Shown here in pieces: positions 17,300 to 26,573 of a DNA stretch of 64,000 nt. Each line of letters begins with the position of its first letter. Position 1 is the stretch's first letter. The position numbers and the translations under genes are program-made. Below the pieces are notes generated by a model, which saw only the letters and a list, made by a program, of their open reading frames with translations, was not told the DNA's origin and ran no database searches. The DNA comes from a virus, in the IMG/VR virus record IMGVR_UViG_3300018417_000005, positions 25,368-89,367 of that record. One strand, 5' to 3'.

Positions 17300-20083
17300 A
17301 TGGCAACATTAGTATCGCCAGGCGTAAGTATTAGCGTAACTGATGAAAGTTTTTATGCACCTGCTGGTGCAGGAACAGTGCCTCTTATTGTAATAGCAAC
17401 AGCACAAGATAAGACAGCACCAGACGGAACTTCCACAGCCGCATATACTACAGCCGCAAACGCGAACAACTTATATTTAATCACTAGTCAACGTGAGTTA
17501 CTACAGAATTTTGGTAACCCATCGTTTAAGACTTCAGGTGGATCACCTATACACGGTGACGAAACAAACGAATACGGCTTAGTAGCCGCATACAGCTTTT
17601 TAGGAATTTCTAACAGAGCTTATGTATTACGTGCTGATATAGACTTATCAGAATTAGAATCTAGCGCAACAGCACCAAGTGCCGCGCCTGCCGACGGCAC
17701 AGTGTGGCTTGATACTGCATCTAGTACATATGGCCTTAAAGAATGGGACGGAACTGCCTGGGTACCGGCAACTGTTACTGTAGCGACTTCTACAAACTTA
17801 TATGCTAATGCAACACCAAAAGCGGCATACGGCATCGATGGACAGTATACTGTAGTTTCAACAGATAGCGCAGGCGACTCAACTAACAGCTTGACTTTTT
17901 ATGAAAAAACCTCAGGCACCTGGGATGCCATCGGCAGCGGATCCTGGACATCAGCTACATCAAGTGATTTTCAGTTTGCTACGCATACAACACTGCCTCA
18001 ATCCGCTAATGGAAGATCCAATGGTGATCCATTATCTGCTGGAGATTTAATGCTTCAGACAACAACTCCAAATAACGGCATAGATCTGGCAGTATATGAA
18101 TACAGCACATCATCTGCCCAATTTGTCGAAACTTCGGTGCCAGCTTATGAAACCCCAGCAATAGCATACGACGCATTTGAAGCGGCAGGGACATTAGTTC
18201 CTGGCGTATCATACGCAGATCGTAGCAGTTTCATCGCTAAGTGTGACTTCAAGGAGTGGAATGGCGAGTCTACTGTTACTGTAGCTAGCTCATCGGCATT
18301 AACAGACACAGATCTTTCGAACAGCTTAGTCGATGCGTCTAACGTAGCATTTAACATTTATGTTAATAACTCAACTACAGCTATTCCAGTTTATATTATA
18401 ACAGATAGCGACAGTGACGGAAATATTTCAGTAGATGATGTTGTTACTGATATACAAACTGCTTTGTCTGCGGCAAACGTAACAACTACGTTTTCTGATC
18501 AACTTAGTGCAAGTAATGTTGCTGGAAAAGTTACATTAATTAACACTGACGGCAGAGATATTACTCTTGCTGAAGGTGATATTGCTAACGTTACATTCCG
18601 TTTAGCGAATATTAACTTAACGGCTGGAACAACCAGTAACTTTACTACCTTAGTAATAGATCCCTCAGCAACAGAACCAGTCGGTGATACAGCAGACGGA
18701 CAGCTATGGTATGATGCAGATATTAGCACAACTAATGTTGATCTTCTGGAGCACGACGGTAGTACTTGGGTTACATTTACAGGCGACTTCCAAACTTCAG
18801 CAACTGAACCTACTTTACAAAGTGATGGCATTAGCGCACTTGCTAGTGGCGATGTTTGGATAAACAGTGCTGATACTGAAAACATAAAACTTTACAAATA
18901 TGATGGCGCTAGCTTTAACCTAGTAGACCAAACTGACCAGAGTAGTCCGGACGGCATTCTCTTTGCTGACTTTAGAACTACTACTGCAAGCCTGGACGCA
19001 GATGCGCCGAGTGCGGCACTTTATCCAACAGGCATGCTTGCTTGGAACTATCGAGCAAGTGGTGGTAATGTCAAACAGTGGAACGACACTGACAGCCTGT
19101 GGGAAAATTACAGCGGCAACAACGCAGACGGCTCTGGCATATTGCTAAGAAAAGCACAGCGTAAAGCAGTAGTTCGCGCAATGCAATCGGCAGTATCCTC
19201 AAATGAAGATATTCGTAACGAAACAAACCGTTTCAACATAGTAGCAGTTCCGGGTTATCCTGAACTAACAGACGAAATGCTTACTTTGAGCGTTGACAGA
19301 AAAGACACTGTGTTTGCTCTTATTGACCCTCCATTTAGACTAAGCAGTTCAGATACTGATATCCAAGCATGGGCTACTAACAGTAACAACGCAATAGAAA
19401 ACGGCGAAGATGGACTTGTTAGCGCAAGCAGTCAAGCGGCAGTTTACTATCCAAGTGGTTTAACAACTAACCTAGATGGAACAAACATCATGGTACCGGC
19501 ATCTCATATGGCATTACGTACAATTGCGTACAATGACCAAGTTGCTTTCCCGTGGTTTGCTCCAGCAGGGTATCAACGTGGTGTAGTTAACAACGTAACT
19601 AGTGTAGGTTATTTAGATGCGGCAGAAAGTGAATATGTGGCGGCTAGCTTAAACAACGGCCAACGCGACACATTGTATTTAAATAAAGTTAACCCGATTG
19701 CAACATTCCCAGGACGTGGAATTAGCGTATTCGGACAAAAGACTTTAAATCCTACATCCAGCGCACTTGATCGTATCAACGTTTCTCGTTTGGTAATTTA
19801 CCTTCGTGAACAACTTGACGACGCAGTACGTCCGTTCTTGTTTGAACCAAACGATGCGATTACACGCACTAATGCTAAGACTGTCGTTGACAGAATCTTA
19901 AGTGAGTTGATTACACAGCGCGGATTGTTTGATTATGTTACAGTATGTGATGAGTCTAACAATACACCTGCGCGTATTAATCGCAACGAGCTACATATTG
20001 ATATAGCTATACAACCTGTTAAGGCAGTAGAGTTTATCTACATACCTATTAGAATCCAGAGCACTCTGGGCTCAACAGGCTAA
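17300..20083 (+). CDS. gp18: Tail sheath protein (T4 gp18-like)
   Basis: LVSPGVSI N-terminus; PWFAPAG..RG, LYLNKVNPI, GQKT, DRINVSRL, FEPND sheath motifs. Confidence 0.95.
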   Translation: MATLVSPGVSISVTDESFYAPAGAGTVPLIVIATAQDKTAPDGTSTAAYTTAANANNLYLITSQRELLQNFGNPSFKTSGGSPIHGDETNEYGLVAAYSFLGISNRAYVLRADIDLSELESSATAPSAAPADGTVWLDTASSTYGLKEWDGTAWVPATVTVATSTNLYANATPKAAYGIDGQYTVVSTDSAGDSTNSLTFYEKTSGTWDAIGSGSWTSATSSDFQFATHTTLPQSANGRSNGDPLSAGDLMLQTTTPNNGIDLAVYEYSTSSAQFVETSVPAYETPAIAYDAFEAAGTLVPGVSYADRSSFIAKCDFKEWNGESTVTVASSSALTDTDLSNSLVDASNVAFNIYVNNSTTAIPVYIITDSDSDGNISVDDVVTDIQTALSAANVTTTFSDQLSASNVAGKVTLINTDGRDITLAEGDIANVTFRLANINLTAGTTSNFTTLVIDPSATEPVGDTADGQLWYDADISTTNVDLLEHDGSTWVTFTGDFQTSATEPTLQSDGISALASGDVWINSADTENIKLYKYDGASFNLVDQTDQSSPDGILFADFRTTTASLDADAPSAALYPTGMLAWNYRASGGNVKQWNDTDSLWENYSGNNADGSGILLRKAQRKAVVRAMQSAVSSNEDIRNETNRFNIVAVPGYPELTDEMLTLSVDRKDTVFALIDPPFRLSSSDTDIQAWATNSNNAIENGEDGLVSASSQAAVYYPSGLTTNLDGTNIMVPASHMALRTIAYNDQVAFPWFAPAGYQRGVVNNVTSVGYLDAAESEYVAASLNNGQRDTLYLNKVNPIATFPGRGISVFGQKTLNPTSSALDRINVSRLVIYLREQLDDAVRPFLFEPNDAITRTNAKTVVDRILSELITQRGLFDYVTVCDESNNTPARINRNELHIDIAIQPVKAVEFIYIPIRIQSTLGSTG

Positions 20084-20131
20084 CAGATCCACTACCTTAG
20101 GATCGAACTAGTGTAAAAACTAGGGGGAAAC

Positions 20132-20162
20132 AAGAAAGGGCTGGCAACAGCCCTTTCTTTTT
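20132..20162 (+). terminator. Rho-independent terminator
   Basis: AAGAAAGGGCTG-GCAA-CAGCCCTTTCTTTTT. Confidence 0.9.
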
Positions 20163-20202
20163 GGCTGAATTAAAACATGAGTTTATCTTTTTTGGCTAAT
20201 AA

Positions 20203-20211
20203 TGATAAATA
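20203..20211 (+). promoter_or_regulatory. Late promoter TGATAAATA
   Basis: Upstream of the tail tube gene. Confidence 0.75.
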
Positions 20212-20247
20212 TCTGTATAGTAAACAAGTTCGTAGGAGAACATAAAA

Positions 20248-20880
20248 ATGGCAGAGAACATTATAACTAAATCAAAATTCGGTGTACCGTTAGCAGATGG
20301 TAGTGCCGGCATACTAATGCCAAAATTAAAGTATCGCTTTAGGGTGAACTTTATTGGCATAGGTGGAGAGGCCCGACCTCTTGCGCTAACACAGAATATC
20401 CAGAGTGTAGGACGTCCGAATTACACAGGTGATGAGGTTGTAGTTGATAGCTATAACAGCAGAATTTATATGCAAGGGAAACATACTTGGGAAGCGATTC
20501 AGGTTACACTTCGTGATGATATTTCAAACAATGTTGCAAAACAGGTAGGCGCACAATTACAGCGTCAAGTAAACCACTTCCAGCAGACTACACCGGCTGC
20601 GGCAAACGACTATAAGTTTGAAATGGAAATCGAAGTACTAGATGGCGCAAGCACAGAACCTACTGAAGTATGGTTCTTGGAAGGCTGCTTCTTAAACAAT
20701 GTACAGTATGGTGAAGGTGATTACAGCACTAACGAATCGCAAATTATTACTTTGTCAATTCGTTACGATAACGCTACTCATTACAGCGGTACTAACGATG
20801 GCAATGGCAGAAGCACAGCTATTAATCCGTTCAGCGACTTTGACTCAACTCTAGGCGGTGGCGGCTCAACAGCAGGTTAA
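20248..20880 (+). CDS. gp19: Tail tube protein (T4 gp19-like)
   Basis: Follows the sheath; PKLKYRFRV, GKHTWE.I.VTLRDD, W.LEGCF, DYS...ITLSIRYD motifs. Confidence 0.85.
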   Translation: MAENIITKSKFGVPLADGSAGILMPKLKYRFRVNFIGIGGEARPLALTQNIQSVGRPNYTGDEVVVDSYNSRIYMQGKHTWEAIQVTLRDDISNNVAKQVGAQLQRQVNHFQQTTPAAANDYKFEMEIEVLDGASTEPTEVWFLEGCFLNNVQYGEGDYSTNESQIITLSIRYDNATHYSGTNDGNGRSTAINPFSDFDSTLGGGGSTAG

Positions 20881-20894
20881 GCTAGGAGAAAATA

Positions 20895-21833
20895 ATGGCT
20901 AGATCGGATTTATTCCCAAGTCTTTATTTTCGTGACTGGCAAAATGCGAATAGGCTAAAACCAAATTATACACCGCCTCGACAAAACTTTAACGGTTTTG
21001 TCGAGTTCGTGTTTAATCCTGACATCGAACCTCTAATAAGTGACGGAGTCGCATTCCGCACACAAATTAGTAGTTTAGTACAGAACGCAAAACTCCCGGA
21101 AGTACGATTTAATACAGCAGTTAAAAATCAGTACAACATGAAACGAGTTGTGCAAACCGGCGTAGAATATTCCCCAGTAGATATTGAAGTATTAGATACA
21201 GTTAACAACGAATGGTTAATTGTGTTTATGCGTTACTTCTCATATTTCTATATGAATCCGAGAAATAAAACTACAGACGGGCAAGGGAATAAACGTGACC
21301 AAGATCCAAAGCATTATCCAGATCTAGATTATGAGATGTTCGATAGTAATGTAGCAGGATTTAACTTAAACAAGCGAGCAAATTTCATAGACAAAATTAA
21401 ATTAGTTACCTACGCAGGCGGAAGGGGAGTTGAATACATTTTATTTAAACCTACAATAACTGCGTTTAGCCCCGGACAAATTGATTACAGTAGTAGCGAA
21501 GTTAGAAAATTTGGTATGAGTTTTGAATACGAAAATTTCACTGTTAATCAAACTGTAAACTTTACACTAGACGATTTAGACAGGGCAAGATTCGAAAGTT
21601 ATAATACATTATTTACTAGCGATGTACTAGATGCGCTAAACAAATACAAGCCCGGATTTAATAGAAGAGACTTAGACTTTATGGGAGACTCTTCGAGTAC
21701 AGGCAAACTAAATAGATCATCTCAGCCAGTTGTTCATCCTGCTCCAGATACAGCAGTAAATGACACTGACGGAACATTTAGCGGTCCGGCATTTGGCATT
21801 GACGGTACTACTCCAGGAGAATTCCTAAGCTAA
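20895..21833 (+). CDS. Tail-tube-fold baseplate/tube initiator-like protein
   Basis: KLPEV.F.T..KNQYN..R.VQTGVEY.P, P.IT.F....DYS...F.YE pattern of gp19/gp54-type folds. Confidence 0.55.
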   Translation: MARSDLFPSLYFRDWQNANRLKPNYTPPRQNFNGFVEFVFNPDIEPLISDGVAFRTQISSLVQNAKLPEVRFNTAVKNQYNMKRVVQTGVEYSPVDIEVLDTVNNEWLIVFMRYFSYFYMNPRNKTTDGQGNKRDQDPKHYPDLDYEMFDSNVAGFNLNKRANFIDKIKLVTYAGGRGVEYILFKPTITAFSPGQIDYSSSEVRKFGMSFEYENFTVNQTVNFTLDDLDRARFESYNTLFTSDVLDALNKYKPGFNRRDLDFMGDSSSTGKLNRSSQPVVHPAPDTAVNDTDGTFSGPAFGIDGTTPGEFLS

Positions 21834-22267
21834 TGAGCTCCTCTATATACGATACATTTGGTAACGAAAAATCCTATAAGCTAACAGGCGATACTCTCGT
21901 TGCTTATTTAAAAGATGCTACTATAAAATTTCCTCTTCCGGAAGCATCCTCAGAAATACTTGGTCAACTTGCACAGCCGCAAGGCAAATCCTACGACCCT
22001 GCTAAGGTAGCAATGATAAACAGTAAATTAGTTAAAGCAGGCTACAGTAAGCCAAATGCAGATGCTATGACAAGTGTGTTAATGGAAGTAGCTTATACAC
22101 AGGGCATAGACCCTCTGGAGTATTTCGACGTAACTGGTAACACATTAAATCTTACTGTAGATGCTTACACCGCTATGAACAATTTACGTCCGGCAGGAAG
22201 CAGAGTAGGATTAATATCTCCTATTGTAAATAGCAACACAAGAGCCTCTGCTTTAATAAAACCATGA
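21833..22267 (+). CDS. Hypothetical protein
   Basis: 144-aa ORF, translationally coupled. Confidence 0.6.
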   Translation: MSSSIYDTFGNEKSYKLTGDTLVAYLKDATIKFPLPEASSEILGQLAQPQGKSYDPAKVAMINSKLVKAGYSKPNADAMTSVLMEVAYTQGIDPLEYFDVTGNTLNLTVDAYTAMNNLRPAGSRVGLISPIVNSNTRASALIKP

Positions 22268-22734
22268 GCCGTTTCTCGCAAGCTATATACGAGGTCGCGA
22301 ACTCGGACAAGTATATAGGCACAAAAGCACCTTACTACAGAAGCTCATGGGAACGCAAGTTTATGGAATTCTGCGATAGCCATCCTAGTATAATTAAGTG
22401 GGCAAGTGAAAACGTAAAAATTCCCTACAGAAATCCGGTAACAGGCAAGTACGCAAATTATGTTCCTGACTTTATGATACAGTATGTAGATAAAACTGGC
22501 ACTGAGCATGTAGAACTAATAGAAATCAAACCAGCAAATCAAACTACATTAGAGAACGCAAAAGGAAAACATCAAGCACTAAGCGTAGCAGTAAATGCCG
22601 CAAAGTGGCAGTCTGCTCAAGAATGGTGTCAGCGTAAAGGAATACGATTTAAGGTAATAAATGAGGACCAAATTTTCTCTAAACCTAAAGCTCGTAATCC
22701 CAAGCCCCGCATCCCAAAAAAGCGTAGAAAATAA
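22264..22734 (+). CDS. gp4: Head completion nuclease (T4 gp4-like)
   Basis: YRSSWE..FM.FCD, WASE...IPY, YVPDF, IEIKP, N.AKW..A motifs. Confidence 0.9.
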   Translation: MSRFSQAIYEVANSDKYIGTKAPYYRSSWERKFMEFCDSHPSIIKWASENVKIPYRNPVTGKYANYVPDFMIQYVDKTGTEHVELIEIKPANQTTLENAKGKHQALSVAVNAAKWQSAQEWCQRKGIRFKVINEDQIFSKPKARNPKPRIPKKRRK

Positions 22735-22747
22735 GATAAATAAAATT

Positions 22748-23101
22748 ATGAGCATAGATAAAATTGGAATCATATTCGGAATACTTTCAGGATTAGCAAC
22801 TGGCGGATATTTCTTATACGACAATGTAGCTACAAGTAACGATGTAGAAGCACTGGCATCGGTTATAGAACAAGCAATTGCTGATTCCGAAAAACGAGAC
22901 ACCGAAGCCCAAATTGAATCTGAAAAACGTGATATTGATTTACAAATTATTATCTATAACAACGAATTACGAGAATACACTGAGGAAGGATTAGCTAACC
23001 TCAGCGACACAGAACGTCAAAATTATGACGACATGATAAAAATAAGAGACGGCCTTCAGGCACGTAGAATGTTATTGATAGGTCTACCAGGAACACAATG
23101 A
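22748..23101 (+). CDS. Membrane-anchored coiled-coil protein
   Basis: Start placed at the ATG 5 nt after AGATAAATA; N-terminal TM segment IGIIFGILSGLATGGYFLY. Confidence 0.55.
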   Translation: MSIDKIGIIFGILSGLATGGYFLYDNVATSNDVEALASVIEQAIADSEKRDTEAQIESEKRDIDLQIIIYNNELREYTEEGLANLSDTERQNYDDMIKIRDGLQARRMLLIGLPGTQ

Positions 23102-23358
23102 AAACACTACTTAAATCTTTAATTATAGGCACTTTGTTTGTAGCTATGCTCGGCTATTCCCAACCACAGCCAGCTAGGTACCCAGACGGTACATATATAC
23201 CAGGCATGGTAGTAATTTATAATCCTCAACCACGTTGGGTTAACTGTGAGATAGTATACGTAGATCAGTACGGCAGCCGCCCGCTGTATTTTGCCATACC
23301 GCCGCAGTCTTATAGTAGCCCTATCTACAACAATTACCGTAGTTGGTATTGCGGATAA
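23098..23358 (+). CDS. Small exported protein
   Basis: Signal-peptide-like N-terminus; Pro/Tyr-rich; ATGA overlap with the upstream gene. Confidence 0.5.
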   Translation: MKTLLKSLIIGTLFVAMLGYSQPQPARYPDGTYIPGMVVIYNPQPRWVNCEIVYVDQYGSRPLYFAIPPQSYSSPIYNNYRSWYCG

Positions 23359-23382
23359 ATCCATTATCTAGGTAGTAAATTC

Positions 23383-23391
23383 TGATAAATA
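23383..23391 (+). promoter_or_regulatory. Late promoter TGATAAATA
   Basis: 5 nt before ATG 23397. Confidence 0.7.
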
Positions 23392-23396
23392 CTGTT

Positions 23397-23600
23397 ATGA
23401 TGAAACAGTATAAATACACCACCAGTTGTTCAATTACTCCTGACGGAGAAATTCTCAATACAGAGAAAACCCACGGCGAGGCGACACCACCGGAAGATTG
23501 CTATATCTCTCCATCAGACCCAGAATATGATAGGGTCATGTCCGCAAGCGACGACACTTATAACATTGAGGTAACTTACCTTGATGTGGGGGATACTTAA
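23397..23600 (+). CDS. Small acidic hypothetical protein
   Basis: 67-aa ORF behind a late promoter. Confidence 0.5.
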   Translation: MMKQYKYTTSCSITPDGEILNTEKTHGEATPPEDCYISPSDPEYDRVMSASDDTYNIEVTYLDVGDT

Positions 23601-24086
23601 ATTACTAAGAAATTAGAAGAAACTTTCGGACTTCCTCCGATTGAAGATGTAACTGAGGATTTCGAAGAAGAAACTGTAGAAGAAACTAGACAAGAAATTG
23701 AGCTTGTTAGTAACGCACTTACAATTTCAGAAAAAATCAACGATGCCTTTAAAGATGTCAAAGGACTAGACGACCACGAATCAGAAATGGACGATGTTGC
23801 GTTAAAAGCACTTGACAGCTATCAACAGCTAATGGATTTAGGCATGAATACTACTGATATGGCCGCAGGCAAGATATTTGCTGAGGCTAGTAACATGCTT
23901 AAGATTGCGTTAGAAGCCAAAGACACTAAAACTAAAAGAAAGTTAGATCAAATCGACTTAATGCTTAAGAAAGCTAGACTAGATAAAGTGCGAAACGATA
24001 GTGGAAACGGTGACGAAGACTCTGTTAAGGGTCATGTTTTCGATAGGAACGAATTATTGAAGTTGATGAAAGACAGCTCAAAGTGA
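23601..24086 (+). CDS. Helical protein, possibly terminase small subunit-like; probable ATT start
   Basis: Frame open from ATT 23601 (TKKLEETFGLP...) with GGGGGA SD; upstream of the large terminase; C-terminal FDRNELLK. Confidence 0.45.
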   Translation: MTKKLEETFGLPPIEDVTEDFEEETVEETRQEIELVSNALTISEKINDAFKDVKGLDDHESEMDDVALKALDSYQQLMDLGMNTTDMAAGKIFAEASNMLKIALEAKDTKTKRKLDQIDLMLKKARLDKVRNDSGNGDEDSVKGHVFDRNELLKLMKDSSK

Positions 24087-24093
24087 TAAATTA

Positions 24094-24687
24094 ATGCCGT
24101 GTCATGTTTTGATAGCCAATTTTCGAAGCGGAAGTACTTGGCGTTGTAAAGGTATAGCATCCGAGAATAACGCTAAAAATCTCGGAGAATATTTCTATAT
24201 GCGCCCTTCTTACGGATTGCACTTGCTAGGACCTGGTATATATTATAAGAGAAGATACAAAGAATTGTTAAATTATGAAAATTGCGTAATTAAACTAACA
24301 CCATCTAATACTCTTATAGAAAGAAATTTAGATAGAATGTTAGAAATAGTCGACAGTGCAGATACAATAGAATACTTATACCGAAAAGATTTTAAAAAGC
24401 AGGTTCTTAGTTGGATAGCCGCAACTACATCTTCGGGAGGCTACGGAGAACATTCTAGAGGAGTCAGTGTTTGTGTTCCCGAAATTAATGCAGACATAGT
24501 CCAGAATGCAAGTAATTTCCTACAACAAAATTACGAATTAATGGGTGAATTATATAAGCAACGACCAAGCAGAGTTAATTGTTTAGAAGATATTGGCTCT
24601 ACGCCATATCACCGTGAATACTTTTGGCCAGACCGTATACCAGACATACCGAGCATAGATGTCTCTGCCTATTTTCCCACAAAATGA
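24094..24687 (+). CDS. Stf0-like sulfotransferase-family protein
   Basis: ANFRSGSTW (5'-PSB), LGEYF, YLYRKDFKKQVLSW (3'-PB-like). Confidence 0.6.
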   Translation: MPCHVLIANFRSGSTWRCKGIASENNAKNLGEYFYMRPSYGLHLLGPGIYYKRRYKELLNYENCVIKLTPSNTLIERNLDRMLEIVDSADTIEYLYRKDFKKQVLSWIAATTSSGGYGEHSRGVSVCVPEINADIVQNASNFLQQNYELMGELYKQRPSRVNCLEDIGSTPYHREYFWPDRIPDIPSIDVSAYFPTK

Positions 24688-24693
24688 TAAATA
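24685..24693 (+). promoter_or_regulatory. Late promoter TGATAAATA
   Basis: Overlaps the upstream stop; precedes 24722. Confidence 0.7.
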
Positions 24694-24721
24694 AGTGTAA
24701 CGGCATTGGAGCGGAACAAAC

Positions 24722-25414
24722 ATGAAACTTAAAGATTACTTATCCGAATCATTTAATAAAGAATACGGTTATCGCGTAAAAATCGCAGCCGATTGTGGCA
24801 CGGATCAAATGAGCAAGCTAGAATCTTGCCTACAAAAATACAACCTTGTTAGCGCAACTGCGTGGAAGCGTACTCCTATCGAGGAAAACCCATCAGAATT
24901 TGTACGTGCTAAAGGCTGTCACTTTACTAGTGAAGTATGTGCCTCAGATATAATACTAAAATACCCAGTAAACGAAAGAATTTTAGAAGTATGGTTATCC
25001 GTACACATGGGATTAGACCATGAGCGAGTTTTAGTTTACGGCGTTAAAGAGCCTAGACGAATGGAAGCTGATATGGCCGCAGAGCGCGTTAAAAATGACG
25101 AAGGTCGTAGCGTAACAGAAGAAGATGCGGTACTAGGTAGCGAAGACCAAGAACATTACACCGCGCAAAACGAAGACGTAAATGCTAAAGGACTGTTTGG
25201 TGAAGAATATAATCAAGCGTTTCTTGCTAGCTTGGCAAAAATAAAAGAAGAGAAAGGCGCAGACTATTTCCGTTGTTACCCAACTAAAGATCAACTTATG
25301 GGCGACGACATGAGAGCATTATGGGATAACATTACTGGCATGCCTAACATGGGACGCGGCAACGAAGCAACTAAAGAAGTTGACATCATTTCACAAAGTT
25401 CTAGGAGAAACTAA
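24722..25414 (+). CDS. Hypothetical (probable head/internal) protein
   Basis: MKLKDYLSES leader; late promoter and GGAG SD. Confidence 0.6.
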   Translation: MKLKDYLSESFNKEYGYRVKIAADCGTDQMSKLESCLQKYNLVSATAWKRTPIEENPSEFVRAKGCHFTSEVCASDIILKYPVNERILEVWLSVHMGLDHERVLVYGVKEPRRMEADMAAERVKNDEGRSVTEEDAVLGSEDQEHYTAQNEDVNAKGLFGEEYNQAFLASLAKIKEEKGADYFRCYPTKDQLMGDDMRALWDNITGMPNMGRGNEATKEVDIISQSSRRN

Positions 25415-25809
25415 TGAACGATATGCGTAAATTAATGGAAAGTGTTTCTTCACTGTATCAAGAAGAACCTATTGTTGAAAATAATAACAGCGATGCCGGC
25501 GAACGTGCCGACGAGCTTGAAGCAATCCAAGAGCAAATCATGGAACTAACCGAACAAGCATTAAGTTTGTTAGACGGTATTGATCAAACAAGAGCAAGGT
25601 CATACTGGTACGGACATATTATGTCAGCCGTAGGCAGTGATAGCTATTTTAGTGGAAGTGCTACATCTATGAGAGATTCAATAGATGCCCTACGCGAAGA
25701 ACAAGAAGAAGCAGACATGTACGGTCCACAACACGGGTTAGATGATGAAGACGACGAAGATCCTATTGCGGCTCGAAATGCAGACGAACGTTATGGGTCG
25801 ATTAAATAA
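25414..25809 (+). CDS. Acidic hypothetical (probable internal head) protein
   Basis: MNDMRKLMES leader; AGGAG SD. Confidence 0.55.
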   Translation: MNDMRKLMESVSSLYQEEPIVENNNSDAGERADELEAIQEQIMELTEQALSLLDGIDQTRARSYWYGHIMSAVGSDSYFSGSATSMRDSIDALREEQEEADMYGPQHGLDDEDDEDPIAARNADERYGSIK

Positions 25810-25820
25810 GGTAACTAAAT

Positions 25821-26573
25821 ATGGAAATGCGCAACTTATTAAAATTAATGGAAGACAGTGGTTACGAGGATATGTCTCAAGAGCCAGGTCAAGAAGTAAC
25901 TGACGAAGTAGATACTGTAACAGTTGATATTCCTCTATTAATTCGTATGTTAGAATACGCAAGAGAAGATGCGCAGACTGATATGGACTTACACGATGTA
26001 ACTGAAAAAATGATCGAGCTTGCAAAATCCGGTACACTTACAATGGATAACTATGATAGCATTGTAAACAGAGGAGAGGCAGTAGAAGAAGGCCCAGTAG
26101 CATTTAATCAAGCAGACGGCGACGAAGACGAATTAGAAGCAGAGTTAGCAGATCAAGAAGACGAGCGCGACGGCCGTTACGGCGAAGACGGTACAGACTT
26201 TAGTGACAACCCATTCCGCAATCTACCAGACGATGAAGAAATTAACGAAAATTTCGGCTACGGTGTAACAACCGGAACAGATTCGGACGAACATATAAAT
26301 TATACGCAGACCAAAAATGTCGGAAACGGTACAGTAACTATTTCCGCAAATGCAACGAATATGAGCGAATTACACGATATGTTAAAACTTGCTGGTATTA
26401 GTGTAGACGGGTCTCCTGCGGCACCAACTAGCGAACCCGAAGTAGTAGTTGAGCCGGAACAGCCAGCGCCACTTTGTGGATGCGGCAGTGATGACGCCGA
26501 TGTAAGTTACAGTACAGACAAACAAGAAATTGCGGATAAGCTAAGATCAGCTTTACAAGCAAGGTTAGGATAA
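25821..26573 (+). CDS. Acidic modular hypothetical (probable prohead core/internal) protein
   Basis: MEMRNLLKLME leader; MLKLAGI motif; very acidic. Confidence 0.55.
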   Translation: MEMRNLLKLMEDSGYEDMSQEPGQEVTDEVDTVTVDIPLLIRMLEYAREDAQTDMDLHDVTEKMIELAKSGTLTMDNYDSIVNRGEAVEEGPVAFNQADGDEDELEAELADQEDERDGRYGEDGTDFSDNPFRNLPDDEEINENFGYGVTTGTDSDEHINYTQTKNVGNGTVTISANATNMSELHDMLKLAGISVDGSPAAPTSEPEVVVEPEQPAPLCGCGSDDADVSYSTDKQEIADKLRSALQARLG

